Made by a program: the position numbers and the translations under genes. Below the pieces are notes generated by a model that saw only the letters and a program-made list of their open reading frames with translations, was not told the origin of the DNA and ran no database searches. 64,000 nucleotides of DNA from an uncultured Actinomycetota bacterium (lineage in GTDB: Bacteria; Actinomycetota; Thermoleophilia; RBG-16-64-13). Location: the NCBI GenBank assembly GCA_963721365.1, contig CAVRJE010000025.1:21838-85837 (forward strand), read 5' to 3'. Positions 40,329 to 51,131 of this stretch are shown piece after piece; position 1 is the stretch's first letter, and each line of letters begins with the position of its first letter.

Positions 40329-41815
40329 CGATCAACGCCTCCACGGGCTTGGGCTCGCCTCCTGACCGGCCGGCGCGATTTCCGCCGCTCGCCGGCCGCG
40401 GGTCCGCCGCTATGCTGCGCAGCAGCTTGCCGGGATTCGCCAGGCCTTTCGGGTCGAAGGCGTCTTTCACCAGTCCCTGGGCCTTGAGGTCGCTCTCCGT
40501 GAAGACCAGCGACAGCGCCGCCAGTTTCTCCACGCCTATGCCGTGCTCGCCGCTCACCGTTCCCCCGAGGTCCGCGCACACCTTCAACACTTCCATGCCG
40601 GCCGCCATGACCTTCTCCCGGTCGGCCGGGTCCCGGCTGTCGAAGAGTAGCAAGGGATGCAGGTTGCCGTCGCCGGCGTGGAAGACGCTGGCTATCTTGA
40701 GGTCGTAGCGGCAGCCGATCTCGGCCACCCGGCGGAGCGCCTCGGGCAACTGCGTTCTCGGCACCGTCCCGTCGGCCACCATGTAGTTGGGCGCCAGCCG
40801 GGAGATGGACCCAAAAGCCCCCTTGCGCCCCCGCCAGAGAGCCGCTCTCTCGTTCTCGTCCTTGGCGACCCGGACCTCCTTCACGCCGTTCGCGTCGGCA
40901 GATGCGGGTGATGTCCTCGGCCATCTCGTCCATGCCGTCCCGCAGACCGTCGAGCTCGATGAGCAGCACCGCGGCCGCATCGCGGGGGAAGCCGCAGACC
41001 ATGCTGTCCTCGATGGCGTTGATGGTGCGGTTGTCCACCATCTCGAGCGTCGCCGGCACCAGTCCCGCCGCCACGATGGCCGATACCACGTTCCCGCCGT
41101 CCTCGAGCGAATCGCACACGGCCAGCATGGTCTTGACCGCCTCCGGTTTGCGGAGGATACGGAGAATGGCGGTGGTCGCTATCCCCAGGGTCCCCTCGCT
41201 TCCCACGAAGACTCCGGTCAGATCGAGGCCGGGAGGATCGGCATTCTTACCGCCCAACCAGACGATCTCGCCGTCGGGGAGCACTACCTCGATCCCGAGC
41301 ACGTGATTGGAGGTGACGCCGTACTTGAAGCAATGGGGCCCGCCCGCGTTCTCGGCGATGTTGCCGCCCAGCGAGCACGCCTTCTGGCTGGCCGGATCGG
41401 GGGCGTAGTAGTAGCCGAGCGGGGAGAGGATCGTGGAGATGTCCAGATTGAAGATGCCCACCTGGACGGTCATCCGCTGATTCGGCAGATCGATCTCGAG
41501 CACCTTGCTCATCCGGCCCATCTCGAGGACTACGGCGCCGTCGAGGGCGAGAGACCCGCCGCTCAGGTTCGTCCCGCAGCCCCGGGGCACGAAGGGGATG
41601 CCCTCGCGCGCGAGGACCTTGAGCACGGCGGAGACTTCCTCGGTGGAGCGCACGAAGACGACGGCCCGGGGTACTGACCGCTCCAGGTACGCGTCGTATT
41701 CGTAGGTCTGGAGGTCCGCCAGGCGATCGAGCACGTTGTCCGGCCCGACGATCGCCCGCAGCTCATCGGCCAGTGGTCGACCCAACGCAAGAAACTCCCT
41801 GCTTAGGACTCTCAT
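40321..41815 (-). CDS. glcD: Glycolate oxidase subunit GlcD-like FAD-linked oxidase; one frame break near 40900
   Basis: ...VVFVRSTEEVSAVLKVLAREGIPFVPRGCGTNLSGGS...SLGGNIAENAGGPHCFKYGVT...GSEGTLGI..., a shift, then ...HAGDGNLHPLLLFD...GGTVSGEHGIGVEK...DPKGLANPGK. Confidence 0.8.
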
Positions 41816-41868
41816 AGCTGCCCTTCGCCTGCTATCTTACCGGAGGTCGTACCCGAAGGAGGCAGAGC

Positions 41869-43065
41869 ATGACGTCAGGACCGGATATCCGCGAGTATCG
41901 CGACCTCGACCCCGCCACGCGGGTCCTGATGGGCCCCGGGCCCAGCGACGTGCCCCCGCGCGTGCTGCGGGCGATGGCGGCTCCCACGCTTGGGCATCTG
42001 GATCCGGAGTTCCTTGTCCTCATGTCGGAGACCCAGCAGTTGCTGCGCGAGGTGTTCCAGACCGAGAACGCGCTGACCATCCCGGTCTCGGGGACGGGAA
42101 GCGCCGGCATGGAGGCCTGCTTCGTCAACCTGGTGGAGCCCGGCGACCAGGTGGCCATTGTCGTCAACGGGGTCTTTGGCACCCGCATGGTCGACTGCGC
42201 CGGCAGGCTGGGCGCGGAAGTCATCCCCATCGAGGCGGAGTGGGGCCGGGCGGTGGACCCGTCGGCGGTCGAGGCGGCGCTGAAGGGTAGACAGCCGAAG
42301 CTCTTCGCGGTCGTCCATGCCGAGACGTCCACGGGCGTCTGCCAGCCGCTGCCGGAGATCATCAAGATCGTCAAGGACTCTGGCGCGCTCATGATGCTGG
42401 ATTGCGTCACGTCCTTGGGCGGCGTCGAGGTGACGCTGGACGCCTGGGGCATCGACGCGGCCTTCAGCGGGACGCAGAAATGTCTCTCCTGCCCGCCCGG
42501 GCTGGCTCCGCTCTCGTTCAACGAGAAGGCGGTGGAGAAGCTACTGGGCCGCAAGACCAAGGTGCCGTCGTGGTACCTCGACCTGACCATGGTGGGCGAC
42601 TATTGGGGCTCGGCGCGCAAGTACCACCACACGGCGCCCATCAACATGATCTACGCCCTTCGGGAGGCGCTGCGCATCATTCTCGAGGAGGGTCTGGAGG
42701 CCCGCTTCGCGCGGCATCAGCTCAACCACGAGGCCCTGGTGGCCGGGGTGGAGGCTATGGGCCTCAAGATGTTGGTGCCCCCGGCGGAGCGGCTCGCGAG
42801 CCTGAATGCGGTGGTGATCCCGGAGGGCGCGGACGACGCGGCGACGCGGCGGGCCCTGCTGCAGCAGTTCGGCCTCGAGATCGGCGCCGGGTTGGGCCCG
42901 CTGGCCGGGAAGATGTGGCGGGTGGGTCTTCAGGGTCACTCGTCTAGCGAGCGCAACGTGATGCTCTTCCTGACGGCGCTGGAATCGGTGCTCAAGACCC
43001 AGGGCGTCAACGTGCAGTCGGGCGGGCCGGAGGCGGCGGAGACGGTGTACGCGCGGGCGCGCTGA
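41869..43065 (+). CDS. Class V aminotransferase (serine-pyruvate / alanine-glyoxylate aminotransferase-like)
   Basis: Intact 398 aa: LMGPGPSDVPPRVLRAMA...GTGSAGMEA...HAETSTGV...DAAFSGTQKCLSCPPGLAP (PLP lysine)...WYLDL. Divergent from glcD across a 53-bp spacer. Confidence 0.85.
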   Translation: MTSGPDIREYRDLDPATRVLMGPGPSDVPPRVLRAMAAPTLGHLDPEFLVLMSETQQLLREVFQTENALTIPVSGTGSAGMEACFVNLVEPGDQVAIVVNGVFGTRMVDCAGRLGAEVIPIEAEWGRAVDPSAVEAALKGRQPKLFAVVHAETSTGVCQPLPEIIKIVKDSGALMMLDCVTSLGGVEVTLDAWGIDAAFSGTQKCLSCPPGLAPLSFNEKAVEKLLGRKTKVPSWYLDLTMVGDYWGSARKYHHTAPINMIYALREALRIILEEGLEARFARHQLNHEALVAGVEAMGLKMLVPPAERLASLNAVVIPEGADDAATRRALLQQFGLEIGAGLGPLAGKMWRVGLQGHSSSERNVMLFLTALESVLKTQGVNVQSGGPEAAETVYARAR

Positions 43066-43113
43066 CCCCCTGCCTGGCTGGGAAGTAGCGGCCTCGGAGT
43101 TGGGAGGAAGGTA

Positions 43114-43890
43114 ATGGCCAGACTGCTGGGGAAAGTGGCGATCGTAACCGGAGCCGGCTCGGGCATCGGCCGGGCGGTCGCGATAGCGTTCGCTAGGGAA
43201 GGGGCCCGGGTCGTGGTCAACGATCGCCGAACGGACGGCCAGGGCGAAGCAACCGCTCAAGCCATCAGGGCCGCCGGCGGGGAGGCGATCTATGTGGCGG
43301 CCGACGTTTCCCGCGAAGACGATGTAAAGAGGCTCATCGCGTCCGCGGTCGATACTTTCGGCCGGTTGGACGTGATGGTGAACAATGCAGGCGTCATGGT
43401 CGCGAAGCCACTCCAAGAGCTCACGGAGGAGGACTTCGACTTGTGCACCTCGGTGAACCAGAAGGGGACGTTCTTCGGAACGAAGCACGCTATCCCGGCG
43501 ATGGTCGCCGCGGGGGGAGGGTCGATCATCAACACCGCTTCGATCGCGGCCGACCACGGACAGCACGGGGGTTTCGTCTACGGGGCTACGAAGGGTGCCA
43601 TCCTCTCCATGACCCGAACGGCGGCGGCCGAACTGGGCGAGCTCAATATCCGAGTGAACGCAGTGCAACCGGGAGTGACCCAGACGGAGATAGTGGCCGC
43701 GGCCGGCCTGACGGAGACGAAGGAGCAGACCGAACGGATCCTGCGAGAGACCCCACTTGGCCACAGAAAGGGTTCGCCGGAAGACTGTGCGGGGCTGTAC
43801 GTCTTCCTGGCTTCCGACGAGTCGGCTTTCATCACCGGGCAGAAGATGGCCGTGGACGGGGGAATCTGCGCCGACAGCCACATAATCTGA
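43114..43890 (+). CDS. SDR family oxidoreductase
   Basis: Intact 258 aa: VTGAGSGIGRA (TGxxxGxG), NNAG, YGATKGA (YxxxK). Confidence 0.88.
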   Translation: MARLLGKVAIVTGAGSGIGRAVAIAFAREGARVVVNDRRTDGQGEATAQAIRAAGGEAIYVAADVSREDDVKRLIASAVDTFGRLDVMVNNAGVMVAKPLQELTEEDFDLCTSVNQKGTFFGTKHAIPAMVAAGGGSIINTASIAADHGQHGGFVYGATKGAILSMTRTAAAELGELNIRVNAVQPGVTQTEIVAAAGLTETKEQTERILRETPLGHRKGSPEDCAGLYVFLASDESAFITGQKMAVDGGICADSHII

Positions 43891-43922
43891 GGCGAACGAC
43901 AGAGAGGTCAGGTATCAAGCCG

Positions 43923-44846
43923 ATGCATGAGTATCCGCTTCCGCTCGACAAGATGCCCTACGACGACAGGTCGTACTCCACACCGGAGCTCGACTACTCC
44001 ACGCCGGAGAGGAACGAGCCCGGGCCGTGGTCCATCACCAGCGACATGGTGATGGTGGACCTCTCCCACCCCTGGGGTAACGATCAGCCCACCTGGCCGG
44101 CGGGCGCTCAGCCCTATACCACTCCGGTCCAGTACATGGCGAAGTTCAACCGCCGCACGCAGCTCATGTACGGCTTCCCGCAGCACGTGTCCACCCACTA
44201 CGACGCGCCCGCGCACGTCTGCCAGGAGAGCCCCTTCAGCGGCGACGTGGCGCTCGAGAAGTTCATCGCTCCGGCCGTCATCTGGGACATCCCCTGCACG
44301 CCCATGCAGACCATCACCCCGGAAATGCTGGCCCAGTGCACGCCCAAGTTGCAGCCCGGCGACTACGCTCTGATCATCACCGGGTGGCACCGCCTCTACA
44401 GCGATTCGGACCGCTATTTCCTGTGGAGCCCCGGCCTGAGCGAGGCTGCCGGCGAATGGCTGGTCGAGCAGGGCGCCTCCGGTTTCGGTATCGACTGCCA
44501 GGCGCTCGATCATCCCTGCGCTTCCTACATGGCCGCGCATGGCCCGGGTCCGCTGGTCCCCCGCGTGGTGGAGCTGTACGAGAACGACTTCTTCCCGGGC
44601 CGCAAGGCGAAGGAAGATCATCCCAAGTGGGAGCCGGTCCACGAAGTCTTCCTCAAGCGCAACATCCCCGCGTGGGAGAACGTGGGAGGAGACGTCGACA
44701 AGGTGCTCGGCAAACGCTGCGTCGTCTGCGCTTTCCCGACCCGCTGGCATATGGGCGACGGTTCCATCGTCCGCATGGTCGCCTTTATCGATAAGAACGA
44801 GCTCAACGACGTGCCGACGAGAACCTACAAATACGGGGTGTATTGA
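43923..44846 (+). CDS. Cyclase family protein (kynurenine formamidase-like fold)
   Basis: From ATG 43923: MHEYPLPLDK...HVSTHYDAPAH (HxGTHxDxPxH-like metal motif)...GFGIDCQALD. Intact. Confidence 0.7.
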   Translation: MHEYPLPLDKMPYDDRSYSTPELDYSTPERNEPGPWSITSDMVMVDLSHPWGNDQPTWPAGAQPYTTPVQYMAKFNRRTQLMYGFPQHVSTHYDAPAHVCQESPFSGDVALEKFIAPAVIWDIPCTPMQTITPEMLAQCTPKLQPGDYALIITGWHRLYSDSDRYFLWSPGLSEAAGEWLVEQGASGFGIDCQALDHPCASYMAAHGPGPLVPRVVELYENDFFPGRKAKEDHPKWEPVHEVFLKRNIPAWENVGGDVDKVLGKRCVVCAFPTRWHMGDGSIVRMVAFIDKNELNDVPTRTYKYGVY

Positions 44847-44888
44847 GACCGCGGACAACGCGTCGTCGATAGGCGGGGATTCAGGCTG

Positions 44889-45800
44889 CTAGGCTCCCCT
44901 GCGCGAGTACGTCGACGCGACGACCGACAGCGTGACTTCCACTACCTCGCCGAGCGCCGCCAGGCGCGCGGCCAGCTCCTCAGCCTGTACGTGATGCGCG
45001 CTCGGGCCCATGGCCGCGAGCGCGCCCGCGTCCGCGGGCGACAGGCGCAGCCGCTCCTCGTACTCGGCTCTGCTCGACAAGCATGAAATCGGCGGCGAGG
45101 GCCTGCTCGAGCCTCTCCGGCTTGCGTTCGTCGACCTTCAGCAGCCCGAGGGTGGCTACGAGCTCCTCGAGGTGCCGCGGTGACGGGGTGACCACGAGGA
45201 GCGCCCCGTCGGGCCGCAGCACCCGCCGGAATTCCGGCGGCGTTTCGCGGAGCGAAGATGTCGAGGATCAGCGAGGCGCAGGCATCGGCGACAGGAAGCA
45301 CACTCCAGGCGTCGCAGACGACGGCTGCCATCCGCTCGTGCGCGCGCGCCGCGCGGCGCGCCGCGAACTTGGAGATATCCAGCGCGAGGCCCAGGCGGCC
45401 GGGGAAGCGGTCGAGCACCGCGGCCAGGTAGTAGCCGGTGCCGGCGCCGATCTCCAGGATGCAGCCCTCGGGCGGCTCCTCGCCTGCGTCGGCGCCCGCG
45501 CCTTCCCCGCGCCGTCTCCCGGGCCCGTTCGCTCGGCCATCTCGCAGACGAAGTCGCGCAGCCCCGAGAAGTGACCGGCGGCAAGAAACGACTCCCGGGC
45601 GGCCACCATGTCGGCGGTGTCGGCTGTCCCTGGCGGGCGCCTCCCGGCAGCAGGTTCACGTACCCCTGCCGGGCGACGTCGTAGGAGTGACCGTTCGGAC
45701 AGCGGAGGGAGTCGTCGGTGGCCGCGAAGCCGGTCCCGCAGAGGGGACAGCGAAGCAGCGGTAGGACTTCCGCTGGGAATCCTCTCGCCCTGTCAGCCAT
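44889..45800 (-). CDS. RlmA-type SAM-dependent rRNA (guanine-N1) methyltransferase-like; at least 4 frame breaks
   Basis: [39 protein letters not shown] (zinc ribbon plus RQGYVNLL), [29 protein letters not shown](AP), [21 protein letters not shown]. Spread over ORFs 45156.., 45268.., 44942.., 44980.. and 44889... Confidence 0.7.
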
Positions 45801-45839
45801 CCTCGCCCCCGTACCGTCTCCGCTCGCGCCCGGCGCCGC

Positions 45840-46848
45840 TCAGGCCCGCACGCGCAACCGCTTCGGCACCACCTCCACCGTGAGGGGCAAGGAGCCGAGC
45901 GCGTCCCCATCGACGTCCAGCAAGAACCGGGATTCCGCGGCCTCGATCCTCAAGGCGAAGCTCGATCCGCTCGCAGGGGAAATGGTGCACCGTCGGCACC
46001 TCCAGGTGACGCCCGTCGTAGACGCTGTGGATGCGCTTGACGATGAAGAGCTTGTTCGGGGCGGTGACGGTCACCACCTCCAGCCTCCCGTCGTCGGGCC
46101 GCGCCATCGGGGCGACATCCATCCCCCCGCCGAACCACCGCCCATTGCAGATGGCCACCAGGTAGGCCGGTAGCGTCTCTTCGCGGATCTCCCCCTGCCA
46201 CTCGGCCCGCACCCGCACCTGACCCTCCTTGCCCACCACCACGGCGCCGAGCGAGGCGAGATAGTAGCCAAGGCGCCCGCGATGAACGAGGGCATCGATT
46301 CGATGTAGTGATCGACCAGGCCGCCGAGCCCGGCAGAGAGCACGTTGACGAAGTAGCGGCGGTCGGGCTCCCGTCCCGAGCGCGGAACTCGGCCCGCACC
46401 ACGTCGATGTACCTCTCCCGGCCCGCTGCCAGCGCTTCCAGCGAGCCGTCGATACCCGGGCCGATCCCCAGAGTGCGCCGAAAATCACCGCCCGTGCCGA
46501 TGCTCACCAGACCGACCGGCGGCAGGTCGGCGGCCCCGGCCGCCCCCGCCCCCGTCGTCGCCTGGTCGCTCGACTCCCGGCCCGCCTCCGCCCGCGGCCT
46601 CGTCGCCGCGCCCTCAGGACGCCGTTCACCACCTCGCTGAACGTGCCGTCGCCGCCGACCGCCACAATGAGCGGGTGCCCGTCGGCGACCCCTGCGAAGG
46701 CCAGCTCGGCGGCGTGGCCCCTTCGCTCGGTGTAGCGCACGGTCACCTCGCCATAGAGATGGTCCACCCGGGTCAGGAGTTTCGCGATCTCCTGACCGGC
46801 CCTCCGGGTGCCGCACGCGGGGTTGACGATGAACAGCGGAGGCTGCAT
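45840..46848 (-). CDS. Diacylglycerol kinase catalytic-domain lipid kinase (YegS/BmrU-like); at least 4 frame breaks
   Basis: MQPPLFIVNPACGTRRAGQ...LIVAVGGDGTFSEVVNG...VGLVSIGTGGDFRRTLG...VAICNGRWFGGGMDVAPMARPDDGRLEV...C-terminus restored as IEAAESRFLLDVDGDALGSLPLTVEVVPKRLRVRA* (TGA 45842-45840). Confidence 0.75.
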
Positions 46849-46961
46849 GTCCCCGGCGCGTAGCCGGATAGGCGGCTAGAGGAATTGCGTCAAGGCCAGA
46901 CCCTCGGCCCAGGGCCCGTTCAAGTGGTCGAGGATCATCCTGAGGGTGGGGAGCTCCACGG

Positions 46962-48125
46962 TCAGGCCGCGATCAGGGGCACCGAGCCGAGGTCGGCTTC
47001 ACCCTGGAAGAACTCGAGCTCACCAAGGACCTCCCCGGCCTCCACCGGGAGAGTCACGTCCCCGGAGAGCTTCACCTGGCCCGTGACTTCGTCCTCGCCC
47101 AGCAGGCGTCTGGCATAGGGCGACGCGGTGACCAGGCGCACCTCCCGATCCAGCGGGTCGGCGACGGGCACGTCGGCGATGACCGCGCCGCGATCGACGA
47201 GGCTCTTCAGCGCGCAGCGCTCGAACCCATAGGTCGAGCAGAGCCTTGCTCTCCGCCTCCCGGGTGTCCTCGTCTTTGGCCCCCAGCACCACGCTTATCA
47301 GGGTGAGCCCGTCCTTGGTGGCCGAGGAGACCAGGCAGTAGCCGGACCACGGGGTGGAGCCCGTCTTGATGCCGTTGACCCAGTCGTAGTCGCTGGAGCA
47401 GCTCGTTGCTGGTCTTGATGCACCCGGTGGGCTACGCCGCCGGCGTGAGGGAGAGTGTACTCCCTGGTGGACACGATGCTTCCGGAACATCGGGTCGTGC
47501 ATCGCGTAGCTGGCGATCTTCGCCATGTCCTTGGCGGAGGAGTAGTGGTTCTCGGCGTGCAGCCCGCAGTTGTTGACGAAGTGGGTGTTGGTGAGACCCA
47601 TCTTCTCGGCCCGTGCGTTCATCTCCGCCACGAAGGCTTTGACGCTGCCCGCCTCGGCGACGCCGAGCGTGATGGCCGCGTCGTTGGCGCTGGGGACGAG
47701 CATCGCGTAGAGGAGTTGCTCCACCGTGAAGGTCTCGCCGCGATGGAGACCCAGCGCGGAGCCCGCCGCGCCGACGGCCGCTGCGGGCACCTTGACCTTC
47801 TCGGTCGAGCGGCATGGATTCCAGGATGAGGATGGCCGTCATGATCTTGGTCGTCGACGCCATCTCCAACCGCTTGTCGGCGTTCCGCGAGTAGAGGATC
47901 GTCCCGGTGTCCATGTCCACGAGGACGGCCGCTTTGGCGGTGATGCGCGGGAGCTTCCGGCTGATCCGCGGCGGAAGGCTGGGCGATGAGTATAGGCTCG
48001 TCCAGGCCGGCGCCGGTGGCCAGCGTCACGGCCGGCGCCAGCAACGCGATCGCCACGGCAAGGACCGCGGCGACGACCAGCAGCGCTGGCGCCCGGGCCG
48101 GCTCGTGCTTCTCCTCGTCTCTCAC
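46962..48125 (-). CDS. D-alanyl-D-alanine carboxypeptidase (S11, PBP5-like); at least 4 frame breaks
   Basis: GTG 48125, N-terminal TM. MASTTKIMTA (SxxK), LVPSANDAA (SxN), GIKTGST (KTG), C-terminal beta domain in ORF 46962..47171. Confidence 0.8.
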
Positions 48126-48139
48126 GGCACCGGTCTTCG

Positions 48140-48660
48140 CTACTCCTCGACGAAAGCCTTGGTGATCACGATGGCGTCCGCAGGGACGTCGCCGGTGCGG
48201 GCCGTGCGCCCCGGTCTTGACCTGGGCGATGGTGTCCACGACGCCCATGCCCTCGACGACTTTGCCGAACACGGTGTAGCCCCACCCCTGCGGACGTCTT
48301 CGCGGTGTGGTTGAGGAAGTCGTTGTCCTTGAGGTTGATGAAGAACTGGCGGTGGCGCTGTGGGGCTCGGAGGTGCGGGCCATCGCCGACGGTTCCCCGG
48401 TCGTTCTTCAGGCCGTTGTCGGCCTCGTTGGTGATGGGAGCTGCCGTGGGCTTCTGGCTGCATGTCCTCGCTGAAACCTCCGCCCTGGATCATGAAGCCC
48501 GGGGATCACTCGGTGGAACACCGTCCCGTCGAAGTGGCCGGACGAGACGTACGACAGGAAGTTCTCCGTGGTCACCGGAGCCTTCGACTCCGTCGAGTTC
48601 GAGGGTGATATCTCCGAGACTCGTCTTGAGCACCACTCGGGGGCTCGCTTGCTCCTCCAT
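48140..48660 (-). CDS. Cyclophilin-type peptidyl-prolyl cis-trans isomerase; several frame breaks
   Basis: ATG 48660: [23 protein letters not shown]...[36 protein letters not shown]...[18 protein letters not shown]...VITKAFVEE. Confidence 0.8.
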
Positions 48661-48813
48661 GTGCTCTGCCTTTCTGGTTGGGCGACAGCCGAGGCGCCAC
48701 TATATTCGCATAGCCGGCACCGTCCTCCCACCCCGGGACAGCGCGACGCGCCGAGCCAATCGCGTCGAGTTCCGCAGAGTTTCGCGCCGGCGGGGAGAGG
48801 GTATCGGCTGCCT

Positions 48814-49683
48814 ATGAACACAGTACGGGACATCCAGCGCGTGCAGGCCGGCAGGCCGACGCTGGAGGGCGCCGGGGTGCATCTCCGCCGGGCCTTCGGC
48901 TCTGGCCAGGAGACCCTTTTCGATCCCTTTCTCATGCTTGACGATTTCCGCGGCGACGATCCCTCCCTCTACCGGGCGGGATTCCCCTGGCATCCCCATC
49001 GCGGCATCGAGACCATCACCTACATGCTCGAGGGCGAGGTCGACCACGGTGACTCTCTGGGGAACTCGGGCGCCATCCGAGGCGGCGACGTGCAATGGAT
49101 GACGGCCGGTAGCGGCATCATCCACCAGGAGATGCCTCGGGGCGACGAGCGGGGCCGGATGGGCGGATTCCAGTTGTGGGCGAACCTACCCGCGGCGCAG
49201 AAGATGACCGATCCCCGCTACCAGGGCTTCGAGGCAAGCGAGATACCGGTGGTGGAAGCGGACGGAGCCCGGATCAGGGTGGTTTGCGGCCGGGTGGCAG
49301 AGACGGCCGGTCCGGTGCAGGGCATCGCCATCGACCCCGAACTCCTCGACGTGAGTCTCGGGCCGGACATCGCCTGGTCGCACCCCACTCCGCAGGGCCA
49401 TACCTACTTCGCCTACCTGTTCGAGGGAGACGCGCGCTTCGGCGGCGGCCGGGACTCCGTGAGTGCCGGCCAGGGGACGCTCGTCCTGTTCGGCGACGGG
49501 GAGTCCATCTCGGCCCAGTCGGGAGGCGGAGGGGCCCGCTTCCTCCTCGCCGGCGGCCGTCCGCTTCGCGAGCCGATCGCCTGGCGGGGGCCGATCGTCA
49601 TGAATACCCGGGAGGAGCTCGACATCGCCTGGCGCGAACTCGACAATGGGACATTCGTCAAGACCGGAGGCAATCGTGCCTGA
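48814..49683 (+). CDS. Pirin family protein
   Basis: From ATG 48814: ...[46 protein letters not shown]...[16 protein letters not shown]. Intact. Confidence 0.88.
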   Translation: MNTVRDIQRVQAGRPTLEGAGVHLRRAFGSGQETLFDPFLMLDDFRGDDPSLYRAGFPWHPHRGIETITYMLEGEVDHGDSLGNSGAIRGGDVQWMTAGSGIIHQEMPRGDERGRMGGFQLWANLPAAQKMTDPRYQGFEASEIPVVEADGARIRVVCGRVAETAGPVQGIAIDPELLDVSLGPDIAWSHPTPQGHTYFAYLFEGDARFGGGRDSVSAGQGTLVLFGDGESISAQSGGGGARFLLAGGRPLREPIAWRGPIVMNTREELDIAWRELDNGTFVKTGGNRA

Positions 49684-49721
49684 TTCACCGGCTGGACCCA
49701 GACAAGCTCCCCGATCACGCG

Positions 49722-50459
49722 GTGGCCAACCGCGAGAGCTGGAACACCGACGCCGACACCTACCAGACCGACCACGGCGGGCAACTGGCCGCGCCGGGTG
49801 GCCCCGGTTGGGGCGTATGGCAGGTGCCGGAACGCCAACTCCAGGTTCTCGGCGAGGTCAAAGGCCTGGACATCCTCGAGTTCGGCTGCGGAGCGGCGCA
49901 GTGGTCGATCGCCCTGGCCAAGGCCGGGGCGAGACCGGTGGGAGTGGACCTGTCGGAGAAGCAACTGGAGCACGCCCGCCGGCTGATGGATGCCGCCGGG
50001 GTCGACTTCCCCATCATCCACGCCAGCGCCGAGTCGGTCCCTCTGCCCGACGAGAGCTTCGACGTCGTCTTCTGCGACTACGGGGCGATGACCTTCGGGG
50101 ACCCGTACGCGACGGTCCCTGAGGCCGCGCGGCTGCTGCGGCCCGGCGGCCTTCTCGCCTTCTGCGGAGCCACCCCCATCATCGAGATGTGCTATCCCGA
50201 CGACAGCGACCACCCGGGCGACCGGTTGCTGATCGACTACTTCGGCATGTGGTCGCTGCCCTGGGACGGCTACGTGGAGTTCATGCTCCCGTACGGCGCC
50301 TGGATACGCCTGTTCCGCGCGCATGGCTTCATCATCGACGACCTGATCGAGCTGCGGCCCACCCCCGACGCGACCAGCAGCTACCGCGACGAGACCGACC
50401 GGGAGTGGTACCGGCGCTGGCCGGGCGAGCAGATCTGGAAGGTGCGCAAAGAGGGATAG
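49722..50459 (+). CDS. Class I SAM-dependent methyltransferase; start uncertain
   Basis: ...ANRESWNTDADTYQ...LDILEFGCGAAQWSIALAKAGARPVGVDLSEKQLEHAR...FDVVFCDYGAM...LRPGGLLAF. The frame is open from about 49680. GTG 49722 is the first plausible start. Confidence 0.75.
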   Translation: MANRESWNTDADTYQTDHGGQLAAPGGPGWGVWQVPERQLQVLGEVKGLDILEFGCGAAQWSIALAKAGARPVGVDLSEKQLEHARRLMDAAGVDFPIIHASAESVPLPDESFDVVFCDYGAMTFGDPYATVPEAARLLRPGGLLAFCGATPIIEMCYPDDSDHPGDRLLIDYFGMWSLPWDGYVEFMLPYGAWIRLFRAHGFIIDDLIELRPTPDATSSYRDETDREWYRRWPGEQIWKVRKEG

Positions 50460-50538
50460 CGCCGGCCGCTGCCGCGTGCCGCGCCGAGAGCGGCCTGCAC
50501 CGCTCGGTGCCCGCGGAGCCCGCGCGGCCCCGGTCCTG

Positions 50539-50998
50539 CTACGGCCCCTGGGTCACCACCTGCAGTTCCAGCCCCTGCTCCTCGCAGATGCGCCGCACCT
50601 GCTCCACCATCTCCGCCGGCGGGAAGCTCACGGTGCCCTCAGCCCACGACGGCGTCCACCACGTCACGAACTGGCCGGCCGCGATTTCCTGGAGCGCCGG
50701 CTTGAGGCCGTCTATCCCCTCGAGCTTGGCATCGGCCGCGTGCATCTCGGCGACGGTCTTGGTGCGGTTGGTGCCCTCCAGCAGGGAGAAATACCACTGC
50801 CCGCTCCTCCTGCCAGCTGTAGAGCTCCCAGCCCTTCATGGAGGTCTTGGGCGGCTCGGGGCTGCCGCCGCACCCGCCGGCGAAGCCCGCGACGGCGGTC
50901 ATGAGAGCGACGACGACGAGGAGAAGACCGACCGCGTGTAGCGCGGACCGGTGGCCGCTCACGGGATTCGCGGCTCTGCGGTTCCGGGTCATCCTCAC
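50539..50998 (-). CDS. Lipoprotein of unknown function; one frame break near 50800
   Basis: ...SALHAVGLLLVVVALMTAVAGFAGGCGGSPEPPKTSMKGWELYSWQEE, a shift, then ...MHAADAKLEGIDGLKPALQEIAAGQFVTWWTPSWAEGTVSFPPAEMVEQVRRICEEQGLELQVV. Confidence 0.55.
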
Positions 50999-51131
50999 GC
51001 CTCTCAGTCTGCGGCAGCGACCGGAGCCAGTTGTAGCCGGCGAGTATGCCGGTGATCACGAGGCCGCCCAAGATCCAGTAGATGCCCTTGATCGGCCCTG
51101 CATTTCGGGGCGCGGCCCCGGCGGCGCCGCG

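Noticed and set aside
51000-51110. Small transmembrane ORF (…PIKGIYWILGGLVITGILAGYNWL…) between the TIGR00300 gene and the lipoprotein gene
   Set aside because: There is no in-frame ATG or GTG before the hydrophobic segment. The only start is a TTG inside it. A nearby ATG would need an extra G in a G-run. I note it under the TIGR00300 finding but do not call it as a gene.
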